A stretch of DNA of 64,000 nt from an uncultured Clostridia bacterium (lineage in GTDB: Bacteria; Bacillota; Clostridia; Oscillospirales; CAG-272), in NCBI GenBank assembly GCA_944381075.1, contig CALWJT010000005.1, forward strand, positions 65,253-129,252. Direction: 5' to 3'. Each line of letters begins with the position of its first letter. Within the stretch, counting starts at the first letter, position 1. The notes beneath the pieces are model-generated. The model saw only the letters and a program-made list of their open reading frames with translations. It was not told the DNA's origin and did not search any database. The translations under genes were made by a program, and so were the position numbers. Positions 47,240-57,469 of the stretch are shown here, piece by piece.

Positions 47240-49669
47240 ATGGAATCCATGATCAACGAAAAAACCATAAAGGAAGCGCTGGAAAGCAAGATTTCACGCT
47301 ATTTCGGCGTGCGCGCAGAGGACGCGAACAAAACGCAGGTATACAAGGCCGTCATCCTGACGGTAAAAGATATCCTGACCGATAAACGGTCCGCCTTCCG
47401 GCGCGTGGTCAAGCAGAAAAAGGCAAAACGGGTCTATTATCTCTGCATGGAATTTTTGATTGGCCCGTCGCTGAAAAACAACCTGCGCAATCTCGGACTG
47501 GAGTCCGAATATGCCGCCGCTGTGAAGTCTCTCGGCTTTGAGCTGAACGACCTTTATGAAGCGGAGCCGGATCCGGGACTTGGAAACGGCGGCCTCGGCA
47601 GGCTCGCCGCCTGCTTTATGGATTCGCTGACGACGCTCGACTATCCTGCAACGGGCTTTTCGCTGTTATATGAATATGGACTGTTCAAGCAGAAGATCGT
47701 CGACGGCAATCAGGTCGAGCTGCCCGACATCTGGATGCCGGGCGCCGAGGGCTGGTTCGTCGCCAGAACGGACAAAACCTTTCCGGTGCGCTTCGGCGGA
47801 AAAGTGACGGAGACATGGGAAAACGGACACCTGCGGGTGACCTATACGGATTATGACGAGGTACAGGCGGTGCCGTATGATATGATGATCTCCGGCTACC
47901 GCAGCTTCGCCGCAAACAATCTGCGTCTGTGGCGGGCACAGGACATCCAGAATTTCAACATGAAGCTGTTCACGCAGGGACAGTACATGCAGGCGGTGGA
48001 GCAGAACACGACCGCCGAAATGCTGACCAAGGTTTTGTATCCCGCTGATGATCATCCGGAGGGAAAAATCCTGCGGCTTTCCCAGCAGTATTTCCTTGTT
48101 TCCGCGTCTTTGCAGAATATCGTCGCCGATCATCTGCGCCAATACGGGACGCTGTCGAATTTTGCGGAGAAAAATGCGATCCATATCAACGATACCCATC
48201 CGGCGCTCTGCATCCCGGAGCTGATGCGGATTTTGATGGACACGTACTCGTTCTCATGGGAAACGGCGTGGGATACGGTAGTAAAGTCGGTTTCCTATAC
48301 CAATCATACCGTGATGCCGGAGGCGCTCGAGCGCTGGAACGAGGATCAGTTCCGGATCCGCCTGCCGCGGATCCATTCCATCGTATGTGAAATCAACCGG
48401 CGTCTTTGCGCGGACCTTTGGAACCTGTATCCCGGCGACTGGGAGCGGATCTCCCGCATGGCCGTCGTGGCGTATTCCGAGGTCCGCATGGCGAACCTCA
48501 GCGTGGTCGGCTCCCACACCGTCAACGGCGTGTCCAAGCTGCATTCCCAGATTTTGAAGGATTCGGTCTTCCATGATTTTTACAAGGTCTCGCCGGAGAA
48601 ATTCACCAATGTGACGAATGGGATCGCGCACCGCCGCTGGCTCTGCTATTCCAATCCGAAGCTTGCGTCGCTGCTCGACCATACCATCGGTCCGGATTAT
48701 CGGACGAATCCTGAAGCCTTGTCGGACTTTAAGCGATACGCAGGGGACAAATACGTCATCGAGGCAGTGCGGGATATCAAGCACCGCAACAAGGAGTCCT
48801 TCGCGGCATGGTATCACCGCAGAACGGGCGGGACGCTCGATACGCATTCGGTTTTCGACGTTCAGGCGAAGCGCATCCACGAATACAAGAGACAGCTTTT
48901 GAATGTGCTGAAGATCGTGGCGCTGTATGACGAGATCAAGACAAGTCCGAACGTCGATATCGTGCCGCAGACGTTTTTCTTCGGCGGAAAGGCGGCGCCG
49001 GGCTATTATATGGCAAAGGACATCATACGGCTGATTTGGTGTCTTGGAAAAGAGATCGACGCCGATCCTAAGGCGAGGGAACACATCCGCGTGGTGTATC
49101 TGGAGGACTACAATGTCAGCATGGCGGAGGTCCTGATGCCCGCAACAGATATTTCAGAGCAGATCTCTCTTGCGGGAAAGGAAGCGAGCGGCACGGGCTG
49201 CATGAAATTTATGATCAACGGCGCGATGACGGTCGGTACGCTCGACGGCGCCAACGTCGAGATGGCGGATGCCGTCGGACGCGGCAATATCTATATCTTC
49301 GGGCTTACGGCAAAGGAGGTCGACGAGCTTTGGAGGAGCGGATATTCCGCGATGAACTATTATTCCGCGAGTGAAAGGCTCAAAGCGGCGGTAGACCGAA
49401 TTTCGGCCGGCTTTGCCGGCGAGGATTTCTCCGGGATCGCAAGTTATTTTCTGACGGGAAACCACAATGTGGCGGACCCGTATCTTTGCCTTGCCGATTT
49501 TGAATCCTATTTCCGGACGTACGGCGCCGCTCTTTCAGATTATGCGGACCGCGAGGCCTGGACGTCGAAAGCGATCTGCAACATTGCGGCGGCGGGATAT
49601 TTTGCCGCGGACAGGAGCATTTCAGAATATGCGGCCGGTATTTGGCATATTGGCCGGGTAACGGAGTAG
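47240..49669 (+). CDS. glgP: Glycogen/maltodextrin phosphorylase
   Basis: PLP-site EASGTGCMKFMINGA. 809 aa from the ATG at 47240. Confidence 0.95.
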   Translation: MESMINEKTIKEALESKISRYFGVRAEDANKTQVYKAVILTVKDILTDKRSAFRRVVKQKKAKRVYYLCMEFLIGPSLKNNLRNLGLESEYAAAVKSLGFELNDLYEAEPDPGLGNGGLGRLAACFMDSLTTLDYPATGFSLLYEYGLFKQKIVDGNQVELPDIWMPGAEGWFVARTDKTFPVRFGGKVTETWENGHLRVTYTDYDEVQAVPYDMMISGYRSFAANNLRLWRAQDIQNFNMKLFTQGQYMQAVEQNTTAEMLTKVLYPADDHPEGKILRLSQQYFLVSASLQNIVADHLRQYGTLSNFAEKNAIHINDTHPALCIPELMRILMDTYSFSWETAWDTVVKSVSYTNHTVMPEALERWNEDQFRIRLPRIHSIVCEINRRLCADLWNLYPGDWERISRMAVVAYSEVRMANLSVVGSHTVNGVSKLHSQILKDSVFHDFYKVSPEKFTNVTNGIAHRRWLCYSNPKLASLLDHTIGPDYRTNPEALSDFKRYAGDKYVIEAVRDIKHRNKESFAAWYHRRTGGTLDTHSVFDVQAKRIHEYKRQLLNVLKIVALYDEIKTSPNVDIVPQTFFFGGKAAPGYYMAKDIIRLIWCLGKEIDADPKAREHIRVVYLEDYNVSMAEVLMPATDISEQISLAGKEASGTGCMKFMINGAMTVGTLDGANVEMADAVGRGNIYIFGLTAKEVDELWRSGYSAMNYYSASERLKAAVDRISAGFAGEDFSGIASYFLTGNHNVADPYLCLADFESYFRTYGAALSDYADREAWTSKAICNIAAAGYFAADRSISEYAAGIWHIGRVTE

Positions 49670-49672
49670 GCG

Positions 49673-51601
49673 ATGGCTGGATTTTCACGTTCAGGCTCCG
49701 TCGCGCGGCAGCTGGAATCGAAGCTTTTGAATGGAAAGCCGGTGGGGATACGCGGCGCATTCGAGGTGTCGGATACGGTCGAATTCCGGATATCGGTCCC
49801 GGAATCGACGGTGGGCGCGGAGATGCTCCTTCTTTCGGACGACAGCGGCGAGCGGTTCCGCTTTCCGCTTTCCGAAACGGCGCAGGCGTATTCCGTTTCG
49901 GTACCCATGAAGAAGCTTTGCAAAGGGCGCAGCGGGCTTTTCTATTATAAATACCGTGTATATACCTCGTTCGGCACCTTTGATATGATGCGCCGCGAGC
50001 ATGATTTTTCCGAATGCTATGTCGGCGCCGATACCAAACGCGGCGATTTTCAGCTTTTGGTATACGAAAAGCGCGCCTATCCTCCCGAATGGCTGTACGG
50101 GGGCGTCATGTATCAGATATTTCCCGACCGCTTTTTTTCTGCGGGGGACCATCCGCCGAAGAAGGGCGCCGTCCTGTGCCGCGACGGGAAGGCATTTCCC
50201 GCTCTCTTTCAGAATCGGATGGAGAATGAGAAAAACAACGTCTTTTTCGGCGGGGACCTTGAGGGGATTGCCGCGAAGCTGGATTATCTTGTCTCTCTCG
50301 GCGTGACCTGCCTTTATCTCAATCCGATCTTCGAGGCGGCGTCCAATCACCGGTACGATACGGCGGACTATCGGCATGTCGATCCGATGCTCGGCGGAGA
50401 TGCGGCGCTGGATATGCTGATTGCGGAGGCGGGAAAGCGAGGGATCTCCATTCTGCTCGACGGAGTATTCAACCATACGGGCTCGGACAGCATTTATTTC
50501 AACGCGAAGGGCACCTATGCTTCCGTGGGCGCCGCACAGTCGAAGAATTCGCCGTACTATCCCTGGTATACCTTTGAGCGGTATCCCGACCGCTATGACG
50601 CCTGGTGGGGCGTGCCGACGCTGCCGCGCGTCAATTCGGACATCCCCTCCTATCGGGAGTTCCTGTTTGGCGAGGACGGCATCGTGCGCCGGTATATGAA
50701 AGCGGGAATCGCCGGATGGCGGATCGACGTTGCCGACGAGCTGTCCGATGATTTTTTAGCGGAGCTTACCCGTACTGTGACGTCGGAGAAAGCGGACGCG
50801 GCGGTCATCGGCGAGGTTTGGGAGGATGCGACGGACAAGGTCGCCTATGGCGTGCGCAAGAAGTACCTGCGCGGCGGAGAGCTGGATTCCGTGATGAACT
50901 ATCCTGTGCGCCGCGCGGTGATCGAATACCTGACGGGCGGGGATTATCTGTCGATGCGCGGTACGCTGCAGACGATATACGGGCATTATCCGCCGGAAGC
51001 GGCAAACGCGCTCATGAATATCCTTGGGACGCACGATACGGAGCGGATATTGACGGCGCTCGGCGATAAGCGGATAGGAGAGCTGCCGTATGCCGCGCTT
51101 GCCGGTCATCGGATGACGGAAGAGGAGCGCGGCTGTGCAAAGACGCTTTTGCGGCTCGCGGTCTGCATCCAAATGACGGTGCCGGGCGTACCGTGCATTT
51201 ATTATGGAGACGAAGCGGGGATGGAGGGCTATATCGACCCGTTCTGCCGGTGTCCGTTCCCGTGGGGGGAAGAGGATGCCGAAATCACGGCGGTATATCG
51301 CGCGTTCGGCGAGCTGCGCCGGCGCGAGCGGATCCTTTGGCGCGGGAGCTTTGACTTTATCTATGCCGATGCGGAAATCCTCTGTTATGAACGCGCGGGA
51401 GAGACGGATAAGATCTCCATTGTCGTCAACCGCTCGGAGAGGACCTATGAGTTCCGTTCAGAGTGCGCGGCAGGAAGGCTTATGACGGAGCAGACAGGGG
51501 AGACGTTCACGGTTGCGCCGATGTCCTTTGCTCTTTTCAAGCTGCCGGCGTGCGCCGATTACAGCGTGTTTGTCAAGATCGAAAAGGAGGAGAACGAATG
51601 A
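49673..51601 (+). CDS. GH13 alpha-glycosidase (neopullulanase/amylase-type)
   Basis: Conserved regions DGVFNHTG, GWRIDVADE, IGEVWE and LGTHDTER. Confidence 0.85.
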   Translation: MAGFSRSGSVARQLESKLLNGKPVGIRGAFEVSDTVEFRISVPESTVGAEMLLLSDDSGERFRFPLSETAQAYSVSVPMKKLCKGRSGLFYYKYRVYTSFGTFDMMRREHDFSECYVGADTKRGDFQLLVYEKRAYPPEWLYGGVMYQIFPDRFFSAGDHPPKKGAVLCRDGKAFPALFQNRMENEKNNVFFGGDLEGIAAKLDYLVSLGVTCLYLNPIFEAASNHRYDTADYRHVDPMLGGDAALDMLIAEAGKRGISILLDGVFNHTGSDSIYFNAKGTYASVGAAQSKNSPYYPWYTFERYPDRYDAWWGVPTLPRVNSDIPSYREFLFGEDGIVRRYMKAGIAGWRIDVADELSDDFLAELTRTVTSEKADAAVIGEVWEDATDKVAYGVRKKYLRGGELDSVMNYPVRRAVIEYLTGGDYLSMRGTLQTIYGHYPPEAANALMNILGTHDTERILTALGDKRIGELPYAALAGHRMTEEERGCAKTLLRLAVCIQMTVPGVPCIYYGDEAGMEGYIDPFCRCPFPWGEEDAEITAVYRAFGELRRRERILWRGSFDFIYADAEILCYERAGETDKISIVVNRSERTYEFRSECAAGRLMTEQTGETFTVAPMSFALFKLPACADYSVFVKIEKEENE

Positions 51602-51954
51602 AAAAGCGGTGGATCCCCATTGTTCTTCTTCTCGCGGCTGTCATGCTGGTCTCCTGCGGGAACACGGAGGAGATCGTCATCCATACCGGCTCGTCTCTGC
51701 CGTATCCGACGCAGGAGAGTACGGAAGCGGAGAGTACGGCAGCGTCCGCGGCGGACGGAGACGGACTGACGGTCCTGATCAACAAGAATTCCAAGGTCTT
51801 TCATCTTGCGTTCGACTGCATCTATGCGTCGCGTATGTCGGAGGAAAACCGCTTGGAGATCGAAGTGGAAAGCATCGAATATCTTCTGGAGCACGGATAT
51901 ACGCCCTGCGGCAGATGCTCCGGCGAATATAAACAAAACGATTCGGAGGAATAA
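51598..51954 (+). CDS. Small lipoprotein with a C-terminal Cys/His motif
   Basis: Lipobox LVSCG. ATGA overlap with the GH13 gene. FHLAFDC...GYTPCGRC. Confidence 0.7.
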   Translation: MKKRWIPIVLLLAAVMLVSCGNTEEIVIHTGSSLPYPTQESTEAESTAASAADGDGLTVLINKNSKVFHLAFDCIYASRMSEENRLEIEVESIEYLLEHGYTPCGRCSGEYKQNDSEE

Positions 51955-51957
51955 AAA

Positions 51958-54177
51958 ATGGAAAAAACGATTGCCTTTGAAAATAAGCAGGTCCGCCTGA
52001 CGGCATACGGCGACCGCATCATCCGCATCCGGATAAGCGAGACGCCCGACAGCGAATCGCTGTTCGACCGCTACGGTCTGTACCGCAAGCCGGACGAGGC
52101 GGCGGGCACGCTCCTTGCCGACGGCATTTCGGCAGGCGGGCTTGCGGTCACGTTTTCCAATGGGATCTTTACGCTTTCCGGCGACCGCTTTACGCGGAAG
52201 CTGGATGTCAGATGCGCGCAGACGGAAGCGGTTAAGGCATATTTCAACGACGTGCTGGACGGCATGCGTCCGCCGCAGAAATTCATCATCGGGGAGGACG
52301 GCAAGCGCGGCTTCGGTGCGGTAGATTTTCAAAAGAAGCCCAAATATGCGGCGCTGTCCGGCGTCGGCGGCGAGCGCTTTTACGGACTCGGCGCCGCCAA
52401 TACGGACCGGATCGTGCTCAACGGGAAAACCTATCTCGAGCGTGTCGTCTATCAGAGCAATGAAATGCCGGTGCCTTTCCTTATGACTAAGGCGGGCTAT
52501 GGGATCCTTTGCAATTCGACGTGGTGGCACGGCATCGACGTCTGCGCGCGCGACCCGCACGAAATCCTCTGGTATCTGCCGGACGGCGATATGGACTTCA
52601 CCGTTTTTGCAGGCGAGAGCCTTGCAGACATCCTGGAACGGTATACCTTTTTCACGGGACGTCCGGCGCTGCTGCCGAAGTGGGCTTACGGACTTGCCTT
52701 CATCGATCAATATACGGCGGACCAGTATGAAATCATGCGCAACGCTTCGACCTTCCGCGAGAAAAAGCTGCCGTGCGATTCCATCAGCCTTGAACCGGGC
52801 TGGATGGAAAAGCGGTACGATTTCTCCGTAAACAAGAAATGGAACCGCGGCCGTTTTCTCATCGAGGAATGGGCACGCTCAAAGGAGCCGGGCCATGTCA
52901 ATCCGAATTTCTTTTCTGCGGCGCTCGCGCGCTATGGCTTCAAGCTGCATCTCTGGCTTTGCTGCGAGCATGACTTCACTGCCGAGGAGGAGCGCCGCAT
53001 CGGCAACGAGGTCGCGCCGGAGATCCCCGACTGGTTCGATCACTTAAAGCAGTTTATCTGCGACGGCGCCTCCTCGTTCAAGCTTGACCCCTGCCATACC
53101 GTCGACAATGCGGACGAGCGCCGCATGTATGCCAATGGCAGGGGAGAGCCGGAAATGCACAATCTTATCCAGACGCTTTACGTGCGGGACATGTACCGCG
53201 GCGCCGCGGAATATACGGGACGGCGTCCGATGCACCATTACTGCGGCGGCTACACCGGGACCGGCGCTTATACGGCGTCCAATACGGGCGACAACGGCGG
53301 CAGCCTGCAAACGATGGTATGGGTGCTGAGCTGCGGCATGTCCGGCATCTCCAATCTGACCTGCGACATGGCGATTTTCCGCAAGGAGGGCTTACATTAC
53401 TGCTTCTTTACGGCGTGGTGCCAGCTCAACAGCTGGTACGGCTTCGCTCACCCGTGGTGGGCAGGCGAGGAGATCGAGCCGATCTTTGCTTTTTATGACA
53501 GGCTGCGCTATCGTCTGCTGCCCTATATCTATTCGACGGCGATCAAAGCGAATCTCAGCGGCATGCCTGTGTGCCGCGCCATGCCGCTGATGTTTGAAGA
53601 CGAGGCGCTGCAAAATGCCGTCTGCGAGTATATGTTCGGAGAAAATCTGCTTGTCGGTGCGTTCTCTGATGAGATCTATCTGCCGGCGGACGGTATCTGG
53701 ATCGATTACTGGAGCGGAAAGGTCTATGAAGGCGGACAGCGGATAAAGCCGGAGATCCCTGAGGACCGCGGCGGCTTCCTCTTTGTGCGCGGCGGCGCGA
53801 TCCTGCCGACGGACAAGCCTCGCCAGCATACGGAGCCGGGCGATACGGAAGCCATCATCCTCGAGCTTTACCCGCATGGCGTTTCAGAGTATGATTTTTA
53901 TGAGGACGACGGCATTTCCCTCGAATACGAAACCGGCAAGCGTGCGCTCACGCAGATTTCCATGGCGCAGGAGGGAGACCGCTGCGAGATCCGCATTGGG
54001 GAACGCAAAGGGGATTTTGCCGGGATCGGCAAGCGGACCTACAGCGTGCGCCTGTTTGCGCCAAATGCGCCCAAGACCGTAACGGTGGATGGGAATCCGA
54101 CGGCTTTTGATTATGACGGACGCTATGCCTCCTTTGAAATGGGAAGCGCAGCCGAGGCTTCTGTCATCCTCGGCTGA
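51958..54177 (+). CDS. GH31 family glycoside hydrolase (alpha-glucosidase/xylosidase-like)
   Basis: GRPALLPKWAYGL...KLPCDSISLEPGW...SSFKLDPCH pattern. Confidence 0.6.
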   Translation: MEKTIAFENKQVRLTAYGDRIIRIRISETPDSESLFDRYGLYRKPDEAAGTLLADGISAGGLAVTFSNGIFTLSGDRFTRKLDVRCAQTEAVKAYFNDVLDGMRPPQKFIIGEDGKRGFGAVDFQKKPKYAALSGVGGERFYGLGAANTDRIVLNGKTYLERVVYQSNEMPVPFLMTKAGYGILCNSTWWHGIDVCARDPHEILWYLPDGDMDFTVFAGESLADILERYTFFTGRPALLPKWAYGLAFIDQYTADQYEIMRNASTFREKKLPCDSISLEPGWMEKRYDFSVNKKWNRGRFLIEEWARSKEPGHVNPNFFSAALARYGFKLHLWLCCEHDFTAEEERRIGNEVAPEIPDWFDHLKQFICDGASSFKLDPCHTVDNADERRMYANGRGEPEMHNLIQTLYVRDMYRGAAEYTGRRPMHHYCGGYTGTGAYTASNTGDNGGSLQTMVWVLSCGMSGISNLTCDMAIFRKEGLHYCFFTAWCQLNSWYGFAHPWWAGEEIEPIFAFYDRLRYRLLPYIYSTAIKANLSGMPVCRAMPLMFEDEALQNAVCEYMFGENLLVGAFSDEIYLPADGIWIDYWSGKVYEGGQRIKPEIPEDRGGFLFVRGGAILPTDKPRQHTEPGDTEAIILELYPHGVSEYDFYEDDGISLEYETGKRALTQISMAQEGDRCEIRIGERKGDFAGIGKRTYSVRLFAPNAPKTVTVDGNPTAFDYDGRYASFEMGSAAEASVILG

Positions 54178-54209
54178 TCGGACAAAGAACAAAGGGAAGG
54201 GAGACGGCT

Positions 54210-54881
54210 ATGATTCAAATCGACAGGACCTGCGTCATGAATTTGGAAAATGCGATTCGCGGCGCGCGCAATCCCCTGAACAGCTGGGGGAAAAGCGACA
54301 GCTATTACGACGAAAACGGGAATTATGTTCTCGGGGAAAACGATATCGGGCTCGGCATGCGGCTTTGCCGCGCCGGGTCCGACCACCGGAAATTTATCCG
54401 TCAGATTCTTGTTTCGGCGGATATTACGGCGCCGATGTATTGGTGGAAGGAATTCGATACCTATAAGGTGGGGACGGTCGCCAATTCCACGAGCACGATG
54501 CATAAGATCCAGGCAAAGGCGTTTTGCCGCGGGGATTTTTCCCATGATCATATGAGCGAGACGGCACTTGCGTGTCTGGATTCCGTGATTGCCTGCCTGG
54601 AGGAGCGGCGGCTGCGTTTTCTTGAAACGGGGGACAAGGCCTATTGGTATGATATGATCCAGCTCCTTCCGTCGAGCTATAACCAGCTTCGCACGGTGAC
54701 GCTCAATTATGAGGTGCTGGTCAATATCTACTATGCGAGACGCTCGCATAAGCTCGCGGAATGGCATGAGGTGTGCCGCTGGATCGAATCGCTCCCATAT
54801 GCAAGGGAATTCATTCTTTCCATCGGGAAAAAGGAGGATACGGAAGGCAGCTCCGCAGAACGTGCGGGGCAGAAGGGATAA
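54210..54881 (+). CDS. ThyX-fold-like protein lacking the RHR signature
   Basis: ITAPMYWWKEFDTYKVGTVANSTSTMH and YARRSHKLAEWHEV parallel the ThyX core as I remember it, but RHR is replaced by DTY. Confidence 0.45.
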   Translation: MIQIDRTCVMNLENAIRGARNPLNSWGKSDSYYDENGNYVLGENDIGLGMRLCRAGSDHRKFIRQILVSADITAPMYWWKEFDTYKVGTVANSTSTMHKIQAKAFCRGDFSHDHMSETALACLDSVIACLEERRLRFLETGDKAYWYDMIQLLPSSYNQLRTVTLNYEVLVNIYYARRSHKLAEWHEVCRWIESLPYAREFILSIGKKEDTEGSSAERAGQKG

Positions 54882-54885
54882 AGAT

Positions 54886-56202
54886 ATGGAACATTCAATT
54901 TCAAGTGAAGCGTATGCGGCGTTCTGTGCCGAAACCAAGGAGCAAAGGATCGCATGGTTCCGCGAGGCGCGTTTCGGCATGTTTATCCATTACGGACTGT
55001 TTTCCTCTCACGGTATGGGAGAATGGGCGCAGGTATGGGAGAACATCAAGATTTCCGACTATGAGAAGCTCGCCTCCGCGTTCTGCCCGAAGGAGGGCTG
55101 CGCGGAGGAATGGTGCCGGCTCGCAAAGGAGGCGGGCGCAAGGTATGCGGTGCTGACGACGCGCCATCACGAGGGCTTTTCGCTCTGGGACTCGAAGGTC
55201 AATCCCTTCAATTCGGTCAATTACGGTCCGCACCGCGACATCGTCCGCGAGTTCGTCGACGCCTGCCGGAAATACGGCCTCAGGATAGGGCTTTATTCCT
55301 CGCTGATGGACTGGCGCCATCCCGACGCATGGCGCTGCATGACCGATGCGGGCGCGCGCGCGCGGTTTACAAAGTATATCGAGGATCTGAATACGGAGCT
55401 TTTCTCGAATTACGGCAAGATCGACATCCTTTGGTATGACATGCCGTGGCCGCGCATGAGCACCAAGGACTGGGATTCCGTGAACCGGAATTATAAAATC
55501 CGGCAGCTCCAGCCGGATATCCTCATCAACAACCGCAGCCGGATGCCGGAGGACTTTTTTACGCCGGAGGACGCCATCAAGGCGCAGGACGGCAGCGATT
55601 GGGAGGCCTGCATGACCTTCAACGGCCTCTCGTGGGGCTATGTGGATGAAAACCAGGTTGCCCCTTATTCCTATTCGGGCAACCAGATCGTCCGGATGCT
55701 CCAGCGGTGCTCGGCCGCGGGCGGCAATCTGCTGCTCAACATCGGCCCTCATGCGGACGGCTCGGTCCCAGCGGAAGCGGTGGAGCCGATGAAAAAGGTC
55801 GGCGCATGGCTGCGTGAAAACGGGGAGGCGGCATACGGACGGAAAAAAGCCTTTTCCGGATGGGAGTGCGGCGCGAACAACGTTTCCAATTGTACGATTT
55901 CTCCGGACGCGAAAACCGTTTATGTATGGAACTATATCTGGCCGGTCACGGGCGAGATGACGTTCGGCGGCTATCGAAAGGCGCCGCGCCGCATCTCGCT
56001 GCTTTCTACGGGGGAAAGCATCGATTTTGAAATGGACGGACATCGTATCCTGCTAAAGAACCTGCCGAAAGCATCCCCGGACCGGCAGCTTGGAATTGCC
56101 GTTTTGAAAATGGAATTTGACGAGCCGTTCGATTATTGCTACGGCAGCTATTATCCTCAGGTACATGAAGGCGAGGATCTTTCCGAGGGGCTTGGAAACT
56201 GA
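54886..56202 (+). CDS. Alpha-L-fucosidase (GH29)
   Basis: WFREARFGMFIHYGLFS...YAVLTTRHHEGFSLWDS. Confidence 0.85.
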   Translation: MEHSISSEAYAAFCAETKEQRIAWFREARFGMFIHYGLFSSHGMGEWAQVWENIKISDYEKLASAFCPKEGCAEEWCRLAKEAGARYAVLTTRHHEGFSLWDSKVNPFNSVNYGPHRDIVREFVDACRKYGLRIGLYSSLMDWRHPDAWRCMTDAGARARFTKYIEDLNTELFSNYGKIDILWYDMPWPRMSTKDWDSVNRNYKIRQLQPDILINNRSRMPEDFFTPEDAIKAQDGSDWEACMTFNGLSWGYVDENQVAPYSYSGNQIVRMLQRCSAAGGNLLLNIGPHADGSVPAEAVEPMKKVGAWLRENGEAAYGRKKAFSGWECGANNVSNCTISPDAKTVYVWNYIWPVTGEMTFGGYRKAPRRISLLSTGESIDFEMDGHRILLKNLPKASPDRQLGIAVLKMEFDEPFDYCYGSYYPQVHEGEDLSEGLGN

Positions 56203-56213
56203 GGAGGGAAGCG

Positions 56214-57398
56214 ATGAAATATGATTTTGAAACGCTGATCCCGCGTTATGGCGTAGGCTCCGAAAAATGGGATGAAATGCGGGAGGCGGTTCCGGATTTG
56301 CCGGAGGATATTGTGCCGCTTTCCGTCGAGGACATGGAATTCAAAAATGCGCCGGAGATTGTGGAGGGGCTGAAGGAATATCTGGATACGTCGATCCTCG
56401 GCTATACGCATGCGACAGACGCCTATTATGAGGCCGTCATCCGCTGGATGGAGCGGCGCCACGGCTTTTCGCCGAAGCGGGAATGGTTCGTCGAATACGC
56501 AGGCGTGGTTCCCGCGCTTCGGCATATGGTCGGCGTATTTGCAAAGCCTGGCGACAGCGTGATGATTACGACGCCCGTTTATTATCCATTTCGCAGCTCC
56601 ATCGAATTCAATCGGTGTCAGGTTGTGGAAAGCGAGCTTGTCGAAACGGACGGGCGGTATGAGATCGATTTCGACGATTTCGAGAAAAAGGCGAGCCGAG
56701 AGGACGTCAAGCTTTATATTCTGTGCAGTCCTCACAATCCGGTGGGCCGCGTCTGGACGGAGGCAGAGCTCCGCCGGATCGCGGAGATCTGTCTTGCGCA
56801 CGGCGTTTTTATTCTTTCCGATGAAATCCATTTTGATCTGATCATGCCCGGATACCGTCATTTTTCGATGATGAATCTGGAGGGGGAGTACCGGGCGAAC
56901 TGCGCGGTCTGCACATCGCCGGGCAAGACGTTCAATCTGGCGGGACTTCAGGCGTCCAACATTTTGATTCCCGACAAGGAACGCAGAGAGGCCGTCGTCA
57001 AATCTCGCGGCTGGTTTTCGCTGAACGCGCTCAGCTATCGGGCGGTGGAGCTTGCCTATGACAGAGCGGAGGACTGGATGCTTGAGATGCTTCGGTATAT
57101 CGACGGCAACAAGAAATTTGTCGTGGCATTCCTGCGGGAGCATCTTCCGTTTGTCCGGGCGGCGGAGCTGGAGGGGACCTATCTTCTTTGGCTGGATTTC
57201 CGCGCGCTGGGACTTCCGGCGCGGGAGCTGGAAGCCTTCATGCGGGAAAAAGCTTATCTTTTCTTCGACGAGGGCTATATTTTCGGAAAGGGCGGAGAGG
57301 GCTTCGAGCGACTGAATCTCGCGTGTCCGCGCCATGTCCTTGCCGCGGCGATGGAGCGGCTGGAGCAGGCGGTAAAAATGGCGTATCCGGCAAAATAA
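56214..57398 (+). CDS. PatB/MalY-type PLP-dependent C-S lyase (aminotransferase class I/II)
   Basis: YDFETLIPRYGVGSEKWD N-terminus, LCSPHNPVGRVW, and TSPGKTFNLAGL (PLP lysine). Confidence 0.85.
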   Translation: MKYDFETLIPRYGVGSEKWDEMREAVPDLPEDIVPLSVEDMEFKNAPEIVEGLKEYLDTSILGYTHATDAYYEAVIRWMERRHGFSPKREWFVEYAGVVPALRHMVGVFAKPGDSVMITTPVYYPFRSSIEFNRCQVVESELVETDGRYEIDFDDFEKKASREDVKLYILCSPHNPVGRVWTEAELRRIAEICLAHGVFILSDEIHFDLIMPGYRHFSMMNLEGEYRANCAVCTSPGKTFNLAGLQASNILIPDKERREAVVKSRGWFSLNALSYRAVELAYDRAEDWMLEMLRYIDGNKKFVVAFLREHLPFVRAAELEGTYLLWLDFRALGLPARELEAFMREKAYLFFDEGYIFGKGGEGFERLNLACPRHVLAAAMERLEQAVKMAYPAK

Positions 57399-57469
57399 TT
57401 GCCTGTAGACTTTATAAAAAACGATGAATATCATGTGCATAGGCTGCTTTTGACAGCTGGGAGGGTGTT

